Positions 21,079 to 30,027 are shown, counted from the stretch's first letter. The stretch: DNA of 64,000 nt from Candidatus Krumholzibacteriia bacterium (GCA_963836185.1 CAWIIQ010000001.1:224001-288000), one strand, 5' to 3'. The notes: generated by a model not told the origin, from the letters alone. Program-made: numbers and translations.

Positions 21079-21798
21079 CTATCGCTTTTTTCTTCTCAGA
21101 AGAGGCGCGATCCCGAGCAGGCCGAGGCCGAGGAGACTCAGCGTGGAAGGCTCGGGAGTAGCGTAGTAGGACGAGTCATGAAACTGTGAGTTAGTAATGG
21201 TGTTGCCCTGGCGTCGACTCCGATGGCGTCGAAATGTGCCCAGTCGAAGCCGCGGACGACGACATTCATCGTGAGTCTCGTCGCCCCAGCCGGGAGTGCC
21301 GATCTGGCCGAATCCGTAGTGCATCGCACCGGTCTGGTCATTGTCGATCCGTCCGATATTGAGGAAGCTGTAACTTTCTGCCAGGGAGGGACCGTTGAAA
21401 AGAATCGCCGGGCTGGGGCTTGTGCCGGTCGGGATCGAGTTCATCCACTTCTCGAACGCGGAGATCTCGACGCCGTTGATATAGACCGATCCCATCTGGT
21501 CCCTGGGGACGCTCATCGCGAGGTAGCAGTCCATGTAGTCGTATGAAGGAGTAGCGTACGTAGGGCGGTCCGAAGTGAATGCAGTGGTGCTGTTCACTTC
21601 CTCACCCCAGTAGCCGACGACCTTGAGGTCGAAGTTGTTCGAGCTCGATACCCAGGTCATATAATCCAGCCCCGAATGGTAGACCGAGTACTGTGAGTCC
21701 ACGATGTACGTCTGGAGCCTTGGAACCGCTGCCGCAGGAACCGAAAGCGCGAGAGCCATCAGGACCGCCAGGCTTATGAATATCGATCTCTTCATCAT
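21079..21798 (-). CDS. PEP-CTERM sorted surface protein, choice-of-anchor N-like domain (two compensating frameshifts near 21210-21275)
   Basis: Signal peptide; VPRLQTYI...WVSSS; the alternative frame supplies FDWAHFDAIG. C-terminus HDSSYYATPEPSTLSLLGLGLLGIAPLLRRKKR. Confidence 0.9.
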   Translation of the reverse strand: MMKRSIFISLAVLMALALSVPAAAVPRLQTYIVDSQYSVYHSGLDYMTWVSSSNNFDLKVVGYWGEEVNSTTAFTSDRPTYATPSYDYMDCYLAMSVPRDQMGSVYINGVEISAFEKWMNSIPTGTSPSPAILFNGPSLAESYSFLNIGRIDNDQTGAMHYGFGQIGTPGWGDETHDECRRPRLRLGTFRRHRSRRQGNTITNSQFHDSSYYATPEPSTLSLLGLGLLGIAPLLRRKKR

Positions 21799-21868
21799 CT
21801 TGCTCCTTCTGCAAGTGTCGGAATTCTTTATAATCCCGTAATTATTCGTATCTTCACCGGTATTATCC

Positions 21869-21883
21869 GCAAGCGCCGTGCCA
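21869..21883 (-). promoter_or_regulatory. Sigma-54 promoter of the PEP-CTERM gene
   Basis: Perfect TGGCAC-GGCGC-TTGC on the minus strand. Confidence 0.85.
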
Positions 21884-21963
21884 TTTCATCTCATTATGCA
21901 ACTTGGTATATTGCAATATGTTATGAGTTGAAAATACTGGGTGAAATCCCCCTGCCCAAATGG

Positions 21964-21979
21964 TGTAAGATATTCCGAC
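21964..21979. promoter_or_regulatory. Candidate PrsR enhancer (PEP-CTERM box)
   Basis: TGTAAGATATTCCGAC lies about 80 bp upstream of the -24 element with an AT-rich IHF-like spacer. It resembles the TGTAA-N-CCGACA-type box recalled for PEP-CTERM genes. Confidence 0.6.
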
Positions 21980-22037
21980 GGTCGTTTCCTGCGCTGTGCT
22001 GTTCAAGGTGTTGCCGATTGAGGAGATATACATGCAG

Positions 22038-22070
22038 AAAAAACGGAGGCGGGGAGTGAGCCCCGCCTCC
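22038..22070 (-). terminator. Intrinsic terminator
   Basis: GGAGGCGGGG-ctcact-CCCCGCCTCC-GTTTTTT on the minus strand. Confidence 0.85.
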
Positions 22071-22130
22071 TGCCGGTGCCGGCCGTCTTCCGGGAAGGTT
22101 CCGGCCGGACCGTATCTGAGGTCATTCTGC

Positions 22131-22748
22131 TCAGCGGCCGGTTCTCGCGCTCCTGCGCGACCTGGTGGATCCCCTGGTATAGGACGAGGCGGAGCTTCTT
22201 CTGCGGATGCTGTGGCCTGAGGTAGTCGATATCCTTGTCCCCATCTTGCCGCTCTTTCGCCATGCGCCTGCCCTGCTGTACCCGGAATTCCGTCTGAATG
22301 TCGATTCACTGCTGATGGGCAGCCGGCGTTTCGCGCTGCTGGCCCGCACGGCCTGCGCGGGATTGTTGAGCTTGCTGACCCCGCGGGTCGGGCCGTTTCT
22401 GTTCCGGGTGGACTGCCGGAGAAAGTCCAGGCTGCCGCGCTGGGTGAACCTTGAACCGTCGATCCCGGTCGAATTTGCCGAGGTGTGGTTCGAAGGCCTT
22501 CCTGTATTCATGGACGGCCTGACGCCTCTCATGGTCGTGGAACGGCGAGCGACAGTTCTTGTCCCGTCGGGGGCGCTCACTGCGGACGGCCCCGCTTCTC
22601 TTCTCGATGCCTTTATCCAGCGCCCGTCGATCTCTCCGGCTCTCTTAATCGCCCATCCATCGAAATCTTCCGAGGCTGAGGCGGGAAGAGCTGCCGTCAG
22701 CAGCAGGAGCAGAAACAACGGCACGATCGATACCTTGATGTAACGCAT
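22131..22748 (-). CDS. Secreted Arg/Ser/Thr/Gly-rich low-complexity protein
   Basis: Signal peptide MRYIKVSIVPLFLLLLLTAALPASA, GAAGGA RBS, its own promoter and terminator, and GC-rich third codon positions in this frame. Confidence 0.6.
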   Translation of the reverse strand: MRYIKVSIVPLFLLLLLTAALPASASEDFDGWAIKRAGEIDGRWIKASRREAGPSAVSAPDGTRTVARRSTTMRGVRPSMNTGRPSNHTSANSTGIDGSRFTQRGSLDFLRQSTRNRNGPTRGVSKLNNPAQAVRASSAKRRLPISSESTFRRNSGYSRAGAWRKSGKMGTRISTTSGHSIRRRSSASSYTRGSTRSRRSARTGR

Positions 22749-22862
22749 GCTGGTTTCCTTCTATCTATATTTATCGGAAAATAGAAAACGGATTTACACA
22801 TCTACATCGTTACGCAGGGAATAGAAGAGGAGGAGAGAGGTTCCTGTCCTAACACTGAAAAA

Positions 22863-22892
22863 AGTCTAGCATAATCAGCGAACCGGTGTCAA
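22863..22892 (-). promoter_or_regulatory. Sigma-70 promoter with extended -10
   Basis: TTGACA-N18 (ending TGC)-TAGACT on the minus strand. Confidence 0.6.
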
Positions 22893-22971
22893 ACGGGCCG
22901 ACCCCCTGAACTGTCGCGAAATGCTGTCCGGAGGCCGTCAGGGGCACCCATTCAGAATATAAAAAATCCTG

Positions 22972-25641
22972 TTACAGGCTGAACCACTTGTTGACCTTTA
23001 TGAGAAACGTGTTGTCTCCGGGGGCGGAGAAGAGGTTTCCCAGGTCGCGCCCCGTGCTGAATTTCCCGTACTCCTCCTCGAATTGAGAGGCACCCCTCGA
23101 CCATACGAGAAAGAAAGTCGAGCCGGGGCTGTACTCCCATCGGAAGACGAGGTTGGAGTTGAATTCCTTGAAGTTGAAGTCGAGGTTGTCGCTGTAGTCG
23201 TACGGAGTGAACCTGTCGTCGTACTTGGAAGCGTGGGGATCCGTGACCTCGCGGTAGTCAGTGTATTCGCCAGCCGTCACGTACGGCATTCCGTAGAACT
23301 GCAAGGTCATGTTCGGAGTGAGAGTGAAGTTGAAACGGGCCGTAATAAAGAGCGTTTCGCGCTTCAGGTTGGCGAGGATGTAGTCCCCGTCGATCTCGTC
23401 GACGTACTGCCTGTCATTCTCGCTGATGTAATATTCCGGGCTTAGCGTGATGTCGAACCTGCTCGAAGGGCGGATAGTCACCCTCGGCTCGAATCCACTG
23501 GAGGAGAACCCCTCGTCGTCGACGTTGTAGTTGCCCCAAAACCCGAAGACGAGGAACTTGCGGTGGTCGGTGCTGATTCCGTACCAGGTCGATGTCCGTC
23601 CCGGCACGAGCACCGAGGGCCCGCCCCGCAGGAGACCGTTGTCCTGCCTCGACATATTTCTGTTAATCCCGCCGTTTATCGACCAGTAGTTTTTAAACTG
23701 TCCCCAGCCGTTTATATTTCCGCCTATCCGGCCGAGGTTCTCCCAGCCGAAGTTCGTTCCGTTCCAGATATTGCCGTTTAGGCTGTACTCCCTGAATATC
23801 GTCTGCTCCTCGAACTTCCTGTATCCGACCCACACGACGGGGAAGAACTCGTCGGCATCGTGAGAGAACCCGATGTCGTTGATTTCGAAGCCGGGGCTGC
23901 GAACGTGTACGCCGGCACCCCAGCGCCACGGCTGGCCGCCGAACTTGCCGCCCCAGAGGGTCGAGCTCCATCCGGCCATGCTCGTAAGGGTCGAGTCGAC
24001 GCCGAGATGTTCCGCATCGGGCCGCTGGAAGTACCTGATCGATGAAGTCTGGGCCTCAACGAGCGCTTCCTCACTTCCCCGGATATAACTGCCGTACAGC
24101 TTCCCGGTGAGCTGGTAATCTTCGTTGCTGAAGCGGTGGTTGAAACGCATGCCTCCGCTGTACGCCGAGTTGACGAGGTAATTGAAATCGATCTCCGGCA
24201 GGTCCCTGTGGACGCCGGTCCCGATGCCGCCGATATTGGTGCGCCCCTCGTTGTAGTCTTTCTGCAGGCTGACGACAGCGTAGTTGGTCATCGGCTCGAC
24301 GGCGATCCCGTACTCGTTGCCCAGCGGGTCCATCACCAGAGCCTCTTCCTTGTCGGTGATCGCGTCGAGGATTCCGATCGACCACCCGCCGGATGTCTTG
24401 CCGGTCACCTTTGCCGCGGCGAGGATCGTAGTGAACTCGGTGCCGTCGGTCCAGTAATCGTCGGTCTCTTCGGGGAACCTCTGTGAGTCGAGGGCGTAGC
24501 CGTGGGGCCGCCGCCCGATGCGCCTCGAATAGAAAAGCCTCTCGCTGTCCATGTCTCCCAGGCTTAACGAAGAGGAGAAGATGTTGGCCCCTTCGACGAA
24601 GAAGGGCCGTCTCTCATGGAAGTATGTCTCGTATGCGGTGAGGTTGAACTCCGACGGGTCCTGTTCCACCTGTCCGAAATCGGGATTGACCGTGAGGTTC
24701 AGCGTGATGTCGCTCGTCAGCCCGTACATCAGGTCGCCGCCGATCCGTCCGTCCTTGATAGTATTCTGAAGGTATGGGTCTCCCTCCGGGGCACCGTATG
24801 ACTGGAGGGATCCGACGACGTAGGGCAGTACCTCGAGGTTTCTCGTCACGGGCAGGTCCTCCATCCCCTCGAGCCGGCCGAAGACGGAGACTATCTGGCT
24901 CGCTTCACGGGGACAGCGGTTCCAGTAGGAGGACTCGTTGAGCCGGCTGATCTCCCTGTATACCTGTATGCCCCACGACTTCGTGTGACCGTTCCCCGAG
25001 TAGCGCAACTGGTTGAACGGGATGCGGAACTCGGCCGTCCAGCCATTCTCGTCGATACTGGTCCCGACGTGCCAGACGGCGTTCCAGTTCTCGTCGTAAT
25101 CGTTGTCGTCGAACCAGAACCGGTCCCTCTTTACGCCGGCCGGATTGACCTGGAAATCGAACGCGGTCCGCTTGTCGTCATAACTGTCGAACGCCACTCC
25201 GAGCCAGTCGGAGGGGGTGTAGTCATCGCGCCTCGCCAGGCGGCCGACGATCTCGTCGGGCCGGGAATCGAGGGCGGTGATCCCTATATAGATGTACTCG
25301 TCATCGTAGAGGACCCTGAAGAATGTCTTTTCGGCGGAAGGCTCTCCATCGTTCGGTTCGCGCTGTATGAACCCGGTAGATACGGGGGCTAGTCCCCAGT
25401 CCGATTCATCCAGTATCCCGTCGATCTCGATGCCGCCGTTGATCCTCCGGCTTGCGACGCATGTCTGCAGCTGCGCCGTTGCCGTTTTCAGCGCGTCATC
25501 GTATTCCTGTTTCGTCGGGATATAGAGGCTCGTTCCGGGAGGGGCCGCCGCCGCTACAAACGATATGGTGATAAATGTGAGAGCGAGCGAGGCTGCTGCC
25601 TGCGCCCGCCACGGATATCGACCCGATTTCAGGGGCTTCAT
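22972..25641 (-). CDS. CBM9-like + DUF5916 outer-membrane protein
   Basis: Signal peptide; IDGILDESDW, GWTAEFRIPFNQLRY, LTVNPDFGQVEQD, ERRPFFVEG, LFYSRRIG and NLVFRWEYSPGS motifs; barrel-like C-terminus. Confidence 0.88.
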   Translation of the reverse strand: MKPLKSGRYPWRAQAAASLALTFITISFVAAAAPPGTSLYIPTKQEYDDALKTATAQLQTCVASRRINGGIEIDGILDESDWGLAPVSTGFIQREPNDGEPSAEKTFFRVLYDDEYIYIGITALDSRPDEIVGRLARRDDYTPSDWLGVAFDSYDDKRTAFDFQVNPAGVKRDRFWFDDNDYDENWNAVWHVGTSIDENGWTAEFRIPFNQLRYSGNGHTKSWGIQVYREISRLNESSYWNRCPREASQIVSVFGRLEGMEDLPVTRNLEVLPYVVGSLQSYGAPEGDPYLQNTIKDGRIGGDLMYGLTSDITLNLTVNPDFGQVEQDPSEFNLTAYETYFHERRPFFVEGANIFSSSLSLGDMDSERLFYSRRIGRRPHGYALDSQRFPEETDDYWTDGTEFTTILAAAKVTGKTSGGWSIGILDAITDKEEALVMDPLGNEYGIAVEPMTNYAVVSLQKDYNEGRTNIGGIGTGVHRDLPEIDFNYLVNSAYSGGMRFNHRFSNEDYQLTGKLYGSYIRGSEEALVEAQTSSIRYFQRPDAEHLGVDSTLTSMAGWSSTLWGGKFGGQPWRWGAGVHVRSPGFEINDIGFSHDADEFFPVVWVGYRKFEEQTIFREYSLNGNIWNGTNFGWENLGRIGGNINGWGQFKNYWSINGGINRNMSRQDNGLLRGGPSVLVPGRTSTWYGISTDHRKFLVFGFWGNYNVDDEGFSSSGFEPRVTIRPSSRFDITLSPEYYISENDRQYVDEIDGDYILANLKRETLFITARFNFTLTPNMTLQFYGMPYVTAGEYTDYREVTDPHASKYDDRFTPYDYSDNLDFNFKEFNSNLVFRWEYSPGSTFFLVWSRGASQFEEEYGKFSTGRDLGNLFSAPGDNTFLIKVNKWFSL

Positions 25642-25813
25642 CTTCCTCTTCTTCCTACCCGGAACATGTGAGTGGGATCTCACCGTATATTTCTGTAACG
25701 AACGGGGCCGGGGGTAAGTTTCAGAAAAACCGCCCCGGCCCCGAAAAAATGTTAACTTTTTAACAGTCACTCAGGCGGATCCGTTGCCCGCCTGCGCCTG
25801 ATCCGTTGAGGGA

Positions 25814-27142
25814 TCAGCACTTATCGATATATCGCTCTATCTCCCAGTCTGTAACAGCGATCTTGTACTCTTCCGCCTCGAGCGCCTTGGTCTCGGCATA
25901 CTTGCGCTGCAGGTCCTCGCCGAGAAGCTCCTTCATCAGGGAGCTTTCCCTGAAGAGGTAGACGGCTGCCTCGAGCGACTGCGGCAGCAGGTCGATCCCC
26001 TGGCTCTTCAGTTCGTCGGGCGGGAGGGTGTAGACGCTGTCCTCGATTTCCGGCATCAGCTCGTACCCCTTCTTTATCCCCTCCAGGCCGGCCTTTAGTA
26101 TCGCGGCGAAGAGGAGGTAGGGGGAGGCGGCAGGATCGGGGCAGCGCAGCTCGGCCCTGATCGAGGACTCGTGGTCCTTTCTCGACTGCGGGATCCTGAT
26201 CAGCGAAGAGCGGTTCTTGCTTCCCCAGCATATATAGACAGGCGCTTCGTATCCCGAGACGAGTCGCTTGTACGAGTTGACCGTCGGGTTGGTGATCGCG
26301 CACATCTCCTTTATATGGGCGAGCAGTCCTGCGATGAACTGCTTGGCGATGGGGGAGAGGCGGTGCGGGTCACTGCCGTCGAAGAAGACCGGCTTGCCGT
26401 CGGTCGTAAAGAGACTGGCATGTGTGTGCATCCCGTTCCCTGCCTTCCCGAAGATGGGCTTGGGCATGAACGAGGCGATCAGCCCGTACCTGTGGGCGAT
26501 CGACTTGATGATCTTCTTGAGCACTATGACATTGTCGGCGGTAGTCAGCGCGCCGCTGTAGCGGAAGCCGACCTCGTGCTGGCCGACGCCTACCTCGTGA
26601 TGGGCGCGTTCGGAGTCGATCCCGAATCCCTTGAGGGCGACCATGATCTCCTTGCGGATATCGCTGCCGATATCCTTGGCAGAGCTGTCGAAGTACGAAC
26701 CGGTATCGAACTCGGGTGTATGGAAGGAGCCGTCCTCGTGCCGCTTGAAGAGGTAGAACTCGACCTCGGGGCCGACGAAGAACTCGTACCCCATTTCTGT
26801 CGCCTCCGCGATGACCTTCTTCAGGACCGCCCGCGGATCGCCCTCGAAGAGATTGCCGTCGGGGGTGTAGACATCGCACATGAACCGTGCCGTCTTCCTG
26901 CTCTCTTCGTCGCCGGGAAGCAGTGCGTATGTCGCCGGGTCGGGCATCAGGTACATGTCGCTCTCCATGATCCTGGCGAATCCGCGGATCGATGAGCCGT
27001 CGAACCAGACGCCGCGCTCGAGGGCGTCTCCGAGCATCCCGACCGGGACCTCTATCGATTTAAGCACACCGAATATGTCGGTGAACTCGAGCTCGACGAA
27101 CATGACGCCGTCTTCCTGTACTTTTTTCATGATGTCGCTCAT
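25814..27142 (-). CDS. glnA: Glutamine synthetase type I (GSI-alpha size)
   Basis: FDGSSIRGF, ESDM, GPEVEFYLF, HHEVGVGQHE, FMPKP..GNGMHTH, NSYKRLV, NRSSLIRIP and ELRCPDP motifs. Confidence 0.95.
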   Translation of the reverse strand: MSDIMKKVQEDGVMFVELEFTDIFGVLKSIEVPVGMLGDALERGVWFDGSSIRGFARIMESDMYLMPDPATYALLPGDEESRKTARFMCDVYTPDGNLFEGDPRAVLKKVIAEATEMGYEFFVGPEVEFYLFKRHEDGSFHTPEFDTGSYFDSSAKDIGSDIRKEIMVALKGFGIDSERAHHEVGVGQHEVGFRYSGALTTADNVIVLKKIIKSIAHRYGLIASFMPKPIFGKAGNGMHTHASLFTTDGKPVFFDGSDPHRLSPIAKQFIAGLLAHIKEMCAITNPTVNSYKRLVSGYEAPVYICWGSKNRSSLIRIPQSRKDHESSIRAELRCPDPAASPYLLFAAILKAGLEGIKKGYELMPEIEDSVYTLPPDELKSQGIDLLPQSLEAAVYLFRESSLMKELLGEDLQRKYAETKALEAEEYKIAVTDWEIERYIDKC

Positions 27143-27271
27143 TGTCTCGGCCTCCCGGTCCTGGAAACGAAGATCCGGCCCGGCCGCCCACGTTCGGGGC
27201 AGTCGGCAACGTATTCAACTTCAATGGGTTAGATCGATAACGATCCTGTGCCGGCAGATCGGGGATCTCAT
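27139..27271 (-). CDS. Candidate glnA leader ORF (16 aa as read; 43 aa if one C is removed)
   Basis: AAGGAGGG RBS + ATG 27271 gives MRSPICRHRIVIDLTH*. With a -1 correction the ORF ends in an ATGA overlap with glnA. Confidence 0.45.
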
Positions 27272-27376
27272 GCGGACACCCTCCTTTTTACAGCAGGAAG
27301 ATGCGCCCTGTCTATAAAAAATGATTCCGGACAGAGCGGGGAGAAAGGCATTTTACATTTTTTTTGAAACTCAGCC

Positions 27377-27427
27377 TTGACATGTGCGTATATACTCTAT
27401 ATACTGTGTATGTACGATATGCACAGT
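27377..27427 (+). promoter_or_regulatory. Sigma-70 promoter with overlapping YtrA-type GntR operator
   Basis: TTGACA-N17-TATACT (27377-27405) and an inverted repeat ACTGTGTAT-N7-ATGCACAGT (27403-27427). Confidence 0.85.
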
Positions 27428-27443
27428 TGAAAGGAAACTGACC

Positions 27444-27824
27444 TTGTTTATAGTTATCTCGCAATCAGATCCCGACCCGATGCACAAGCAGGTGACCGAC
27501 CAGGTCAAGGATGCCATCGCGAAGGGGGCCGTCAAGGCGGGGGAGAAGATCCCGTCGATCAGGGAGATGTCAAAAGAACTCGGCATCAGCCCGATCACTA
27601 TAAAGCGTTCGTACCGCGATCTCGAGCAGGAGGGATATATAATCACCCGCGCCGGCCTGGGCAGTTTTGTCGCCGATGTCGATTTCGGCAGGCTCAGGAG
27701 CGAGAAGGTCGACGAGATCGCCGGTGAACTGGAGCGGATCCTGAAGATGGCCGCGGGGTACGGAATATCTGCCGCTGAACTCGGAAAGATAATCAAAAGA
27801 CTGCAGGAGGAAGAGAATGGATAA
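27444..27824 (+). CDS. GntR family (YtrA subfamily) regulator
   Basis: PMHKQV...GEKIPSIREMSKELGISPITIKRSYRDLEQEGYI..RAGLGSFV with a short C-terminal helix; TTG start after AAGGA. Confidence 0.92.
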   Translation: MFIVISQSDPDPMHKQVTDQVKDAIAKGAVKAGEKIPSIREMSKELGISPITIKRSYRDLEQEGYIITRAGLGSFVADVDFGRLRSEKVDEIAGELERILKMAAGYGISAAELGKIIKRLQEEENG

Positions 27825-28752
27825 GGTGCTGGAAGTTGAGGGACTGACAAAACATTACAGGACGTTCATGCTCGACGGCGTGTCAATCGAGATTCCGAAG
27901 GGGACGATCCTCGGGCTGATCGGTCCCAACGGTTCGGGTAAAACGACGACGATCAGGGCCCTGATGAAGATGACCAGGCCCGACAGCGGTTCCATACGGA
28001 TGTTCGGCCTCGGACTTGACGCTCACGAGAAGGAGATCAAGAACCGGATCGGCTACGTGGGCGAGGAGCAGTTCTACTATATGAACAAGAAGGTCTCATG
28101 GACGGGAAAGTTCGTATCCGGGTACTTCGAGAAATGGGACCAGGATCTGTTCGATTCCCTGCTCAGGGAGTTCAGGCTCGACCCTTCGCAGAAGGTCGGG
28201 AAGCTCTCGAAGGGGATGAAGGTAAAGCTCTCTTTCGCGATCGCCTTCGCCCACCATCCCGAGCTGATGATACTCGATGAGCCTACGTCCGGTCTCGATC
28301 CCGTTATAAGGCGCGAGATGCTCGACAGGCTCCTCGAGTTCCGCGACGAACAAGACGGCTCGGTCTTCATATCGTCTCATATCACGGACGATATAGTGCG
28401 GATAGCCGATCACGTCGCCTTCATAGTAGACGGGCGCGTGGCGATTCATGCCGAGAAGGACGAGATCCTCTCCGACTGGAAGAGGCTGCATTTCAAGCCG
28501 GGCGCTATCGATGGTGAGATCGTCACCGGCCTTCGCTGCGTCGAGGCTCATGCCTTCGGCAGCACCGGGGTCACCAACAGGTATCGTGAACTCGAAGGCA
28601 GGATCGCCGGCGCTGTAAGCGCGGGCGACGTCAAGGTGGAGAACGTCAGTCTCGACGACGTCCTGATCGCCTTCGTGAAAGGCGGGAGGCATGACAGGGA
28701 TACTGAAGAAGAACGCCGGGTTCTATCTCCTCTACGGCGTCATTCTTTCTGA
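27817..28752 (+). CDS. ABC transporter ATP-binding protein (YtrB-like)
   Basis: GPNGSGKTT, LSKGM, ILDEPTSGLDP and SSH motifs. Confidence 0.92.
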   Translation: MDKVLEVEGLTKHYRTFMLDGVSIEIPKGTILGLIGPNGSGKTTTIRALMKMTRPDSGSIRMFGLGLDAHEKEIKNRIGYVGEEQFYYMNKKVSWTGKFVSGYFEKWDQDLFDSLLREFRLDPSQKVGKLSKGMKVKLSFAIAFAHHPELMILDEPTSGLDPVIRREMLDRLLEFRDEQDGSVFISSHITDDIVRIADHVAFIVDGRVAIHAEKDEILSDWKRLHFKPGAIDGEIVTGLRCVEAHAFGSTGVTNRYRELEGRIAGAVSAGDVKVENVSLDDVLIAFVKGGRHDRDTEEERRVLSPLRRHSF

Positions 28753-29348
28753 CCATGTCGGTAGTGATGTGGTACAGCGCGTTCGACAGGCTCCGGACCC
28801 CGATCGCCGTGATCAACTCGTTCTTCATGTTCTTCGTAGTGGTCGTTCCCGCCCTCAGCGCCGAGGCGCTCGAGGAGAAACACAGGGGGTATCCTTTCCT
28901 GATGACCCTGCCGCTGAAGCTCGAGACGGTCGTAAGGGCAAAGATGGCTCTTCCCGCTCATGGCTGTCAGCAGTGACGGTCGTATTCAATCTCGTCCTCT
29001 TCCAGCTTCTTCGAGAGCACTCCATCAGTTCTTGCCGACTGCGTCAAGATCATCCTGCTGAACGCGTCGGTCGCGATCATGCTCGCGGGCGCCGTCTTCA
29101 TGCTGATGTACAGGTACAACGTCAGGATGCTGATGATGGTCCTCGTATTCGCCGGGGTCTTCTTCAACCTCCTCGGCCTGATCGCGGTCAGGAGCAGCGG
29201 GATCGGGAACATATTCGAGTGGCCCGAGATCATCGTGTCGGGAAAGCCGACGTGGATATTCATAGCACTGATATTCGTGAGCCTCGGAGTTTATCACCTG
29301 ATCTTCCGCCGTGCGCTCAGGCTCAAGGAAGAGAGACTCTTCGATTAG
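28691..29348 (+). CDS. ABC-2 type permease (frameshifted)
   Basis: TM segments over three frames; EEKHRGYPFLMTLPL..ETVVRAK is paralogous to the next gene. Confidence 0.7.
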
Positions 29349-29358
29349 GAGAAATTGC

Positions 29359-30006
29359 ATGTTCGGGCTGATAAAGAAAGACTGGTACTTTTACCTCGGA
29401 TACCTGGCTATCATTCCGCTGCAGATGGCATACTGGATGACGACGAGGATGCAGCTTGACTCTACGGTCGTCTTTCTGATGACGGGATGGCTTTACATAG
29501 TCGTCATCGGTTCGATCTTCGGCGTCGAGATGAACGAGTCGAAGAACAGGGGGTACGCATTCCTCTCGACCCTTCCAGTTACGGCGCGCGAGATCGTGGG
29601 CGCCAAATTGATTCCGATCTTCGTGATAACCGCGGTATATGTCCTTGTCACATATCTCTCTTTCTCCAGTCTCGAGGTCGAGCCCGTTTACCTGGCGCTG
29701 TCGAGAAAATGGCTTCTGTTCAACGCCGGATTCGCGCTCGGGACCGCGGGGCTGGTTTACTGGCTCATTTTCAGATACGGGCTCGAAAAGGCCATATATC
29801 TGCAGGGCGTCCTGTTTCTGTTCGCCTTTATCATCCCTATCGGGCTTAACGAGCTCGTCATCCGGGGATATCTCGACGATTCCTCGGCGATCTTCCGGCT
29901 CGCCGGGGCGACCGGCAACTGGGTCCTGCTCATGGCTGGAGCGATAGTCTTTTTCATTTTCTACCATATCTCGGTGCTGGCGCTCGAACGAGAGGTGCCG
30001 GCGTGA
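29359..30006 (+). CDS. ABC-2 type permease
   Basis: MFGLIKKDW and ESKNRGYAFLSTLPVTAREIVGAK; about six TM segments. Confidence 0.8.
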   Translation: MFGLIKKDWYFYLGYLAIIPLQMAYWMTTRMQLDSTVVFLMTGWLYIVVIGSIFGVEMNESKNRGYAFLSTLPVTAREIVGAKLIPIFVITAVYVLVTYLSFSSLEVEPVYLALSRKWLLFNAGFALGTAGLVYWLIFRYGLEKAIYLQGVLFLFAFIIPIGLNELVIRGYLDDSSAIFRLAGATGNWVLLMAGAIVFFIFYHISVLALEREVPA

Positions 30007-30027
30007 CAGGTATCAAAAGGAGATGTC

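Noticed and set aside
27143-27271. Selenocysteine/readthrough extension of glnA (TGA-AGT-TGA in frame) or a glutamine riboswitch
   Set aside because: glnA has its own RBS and normal length, I see no convincing SECIS, and the glnA-riboswitch core could not be matched. The leader-ORF reading fits better.
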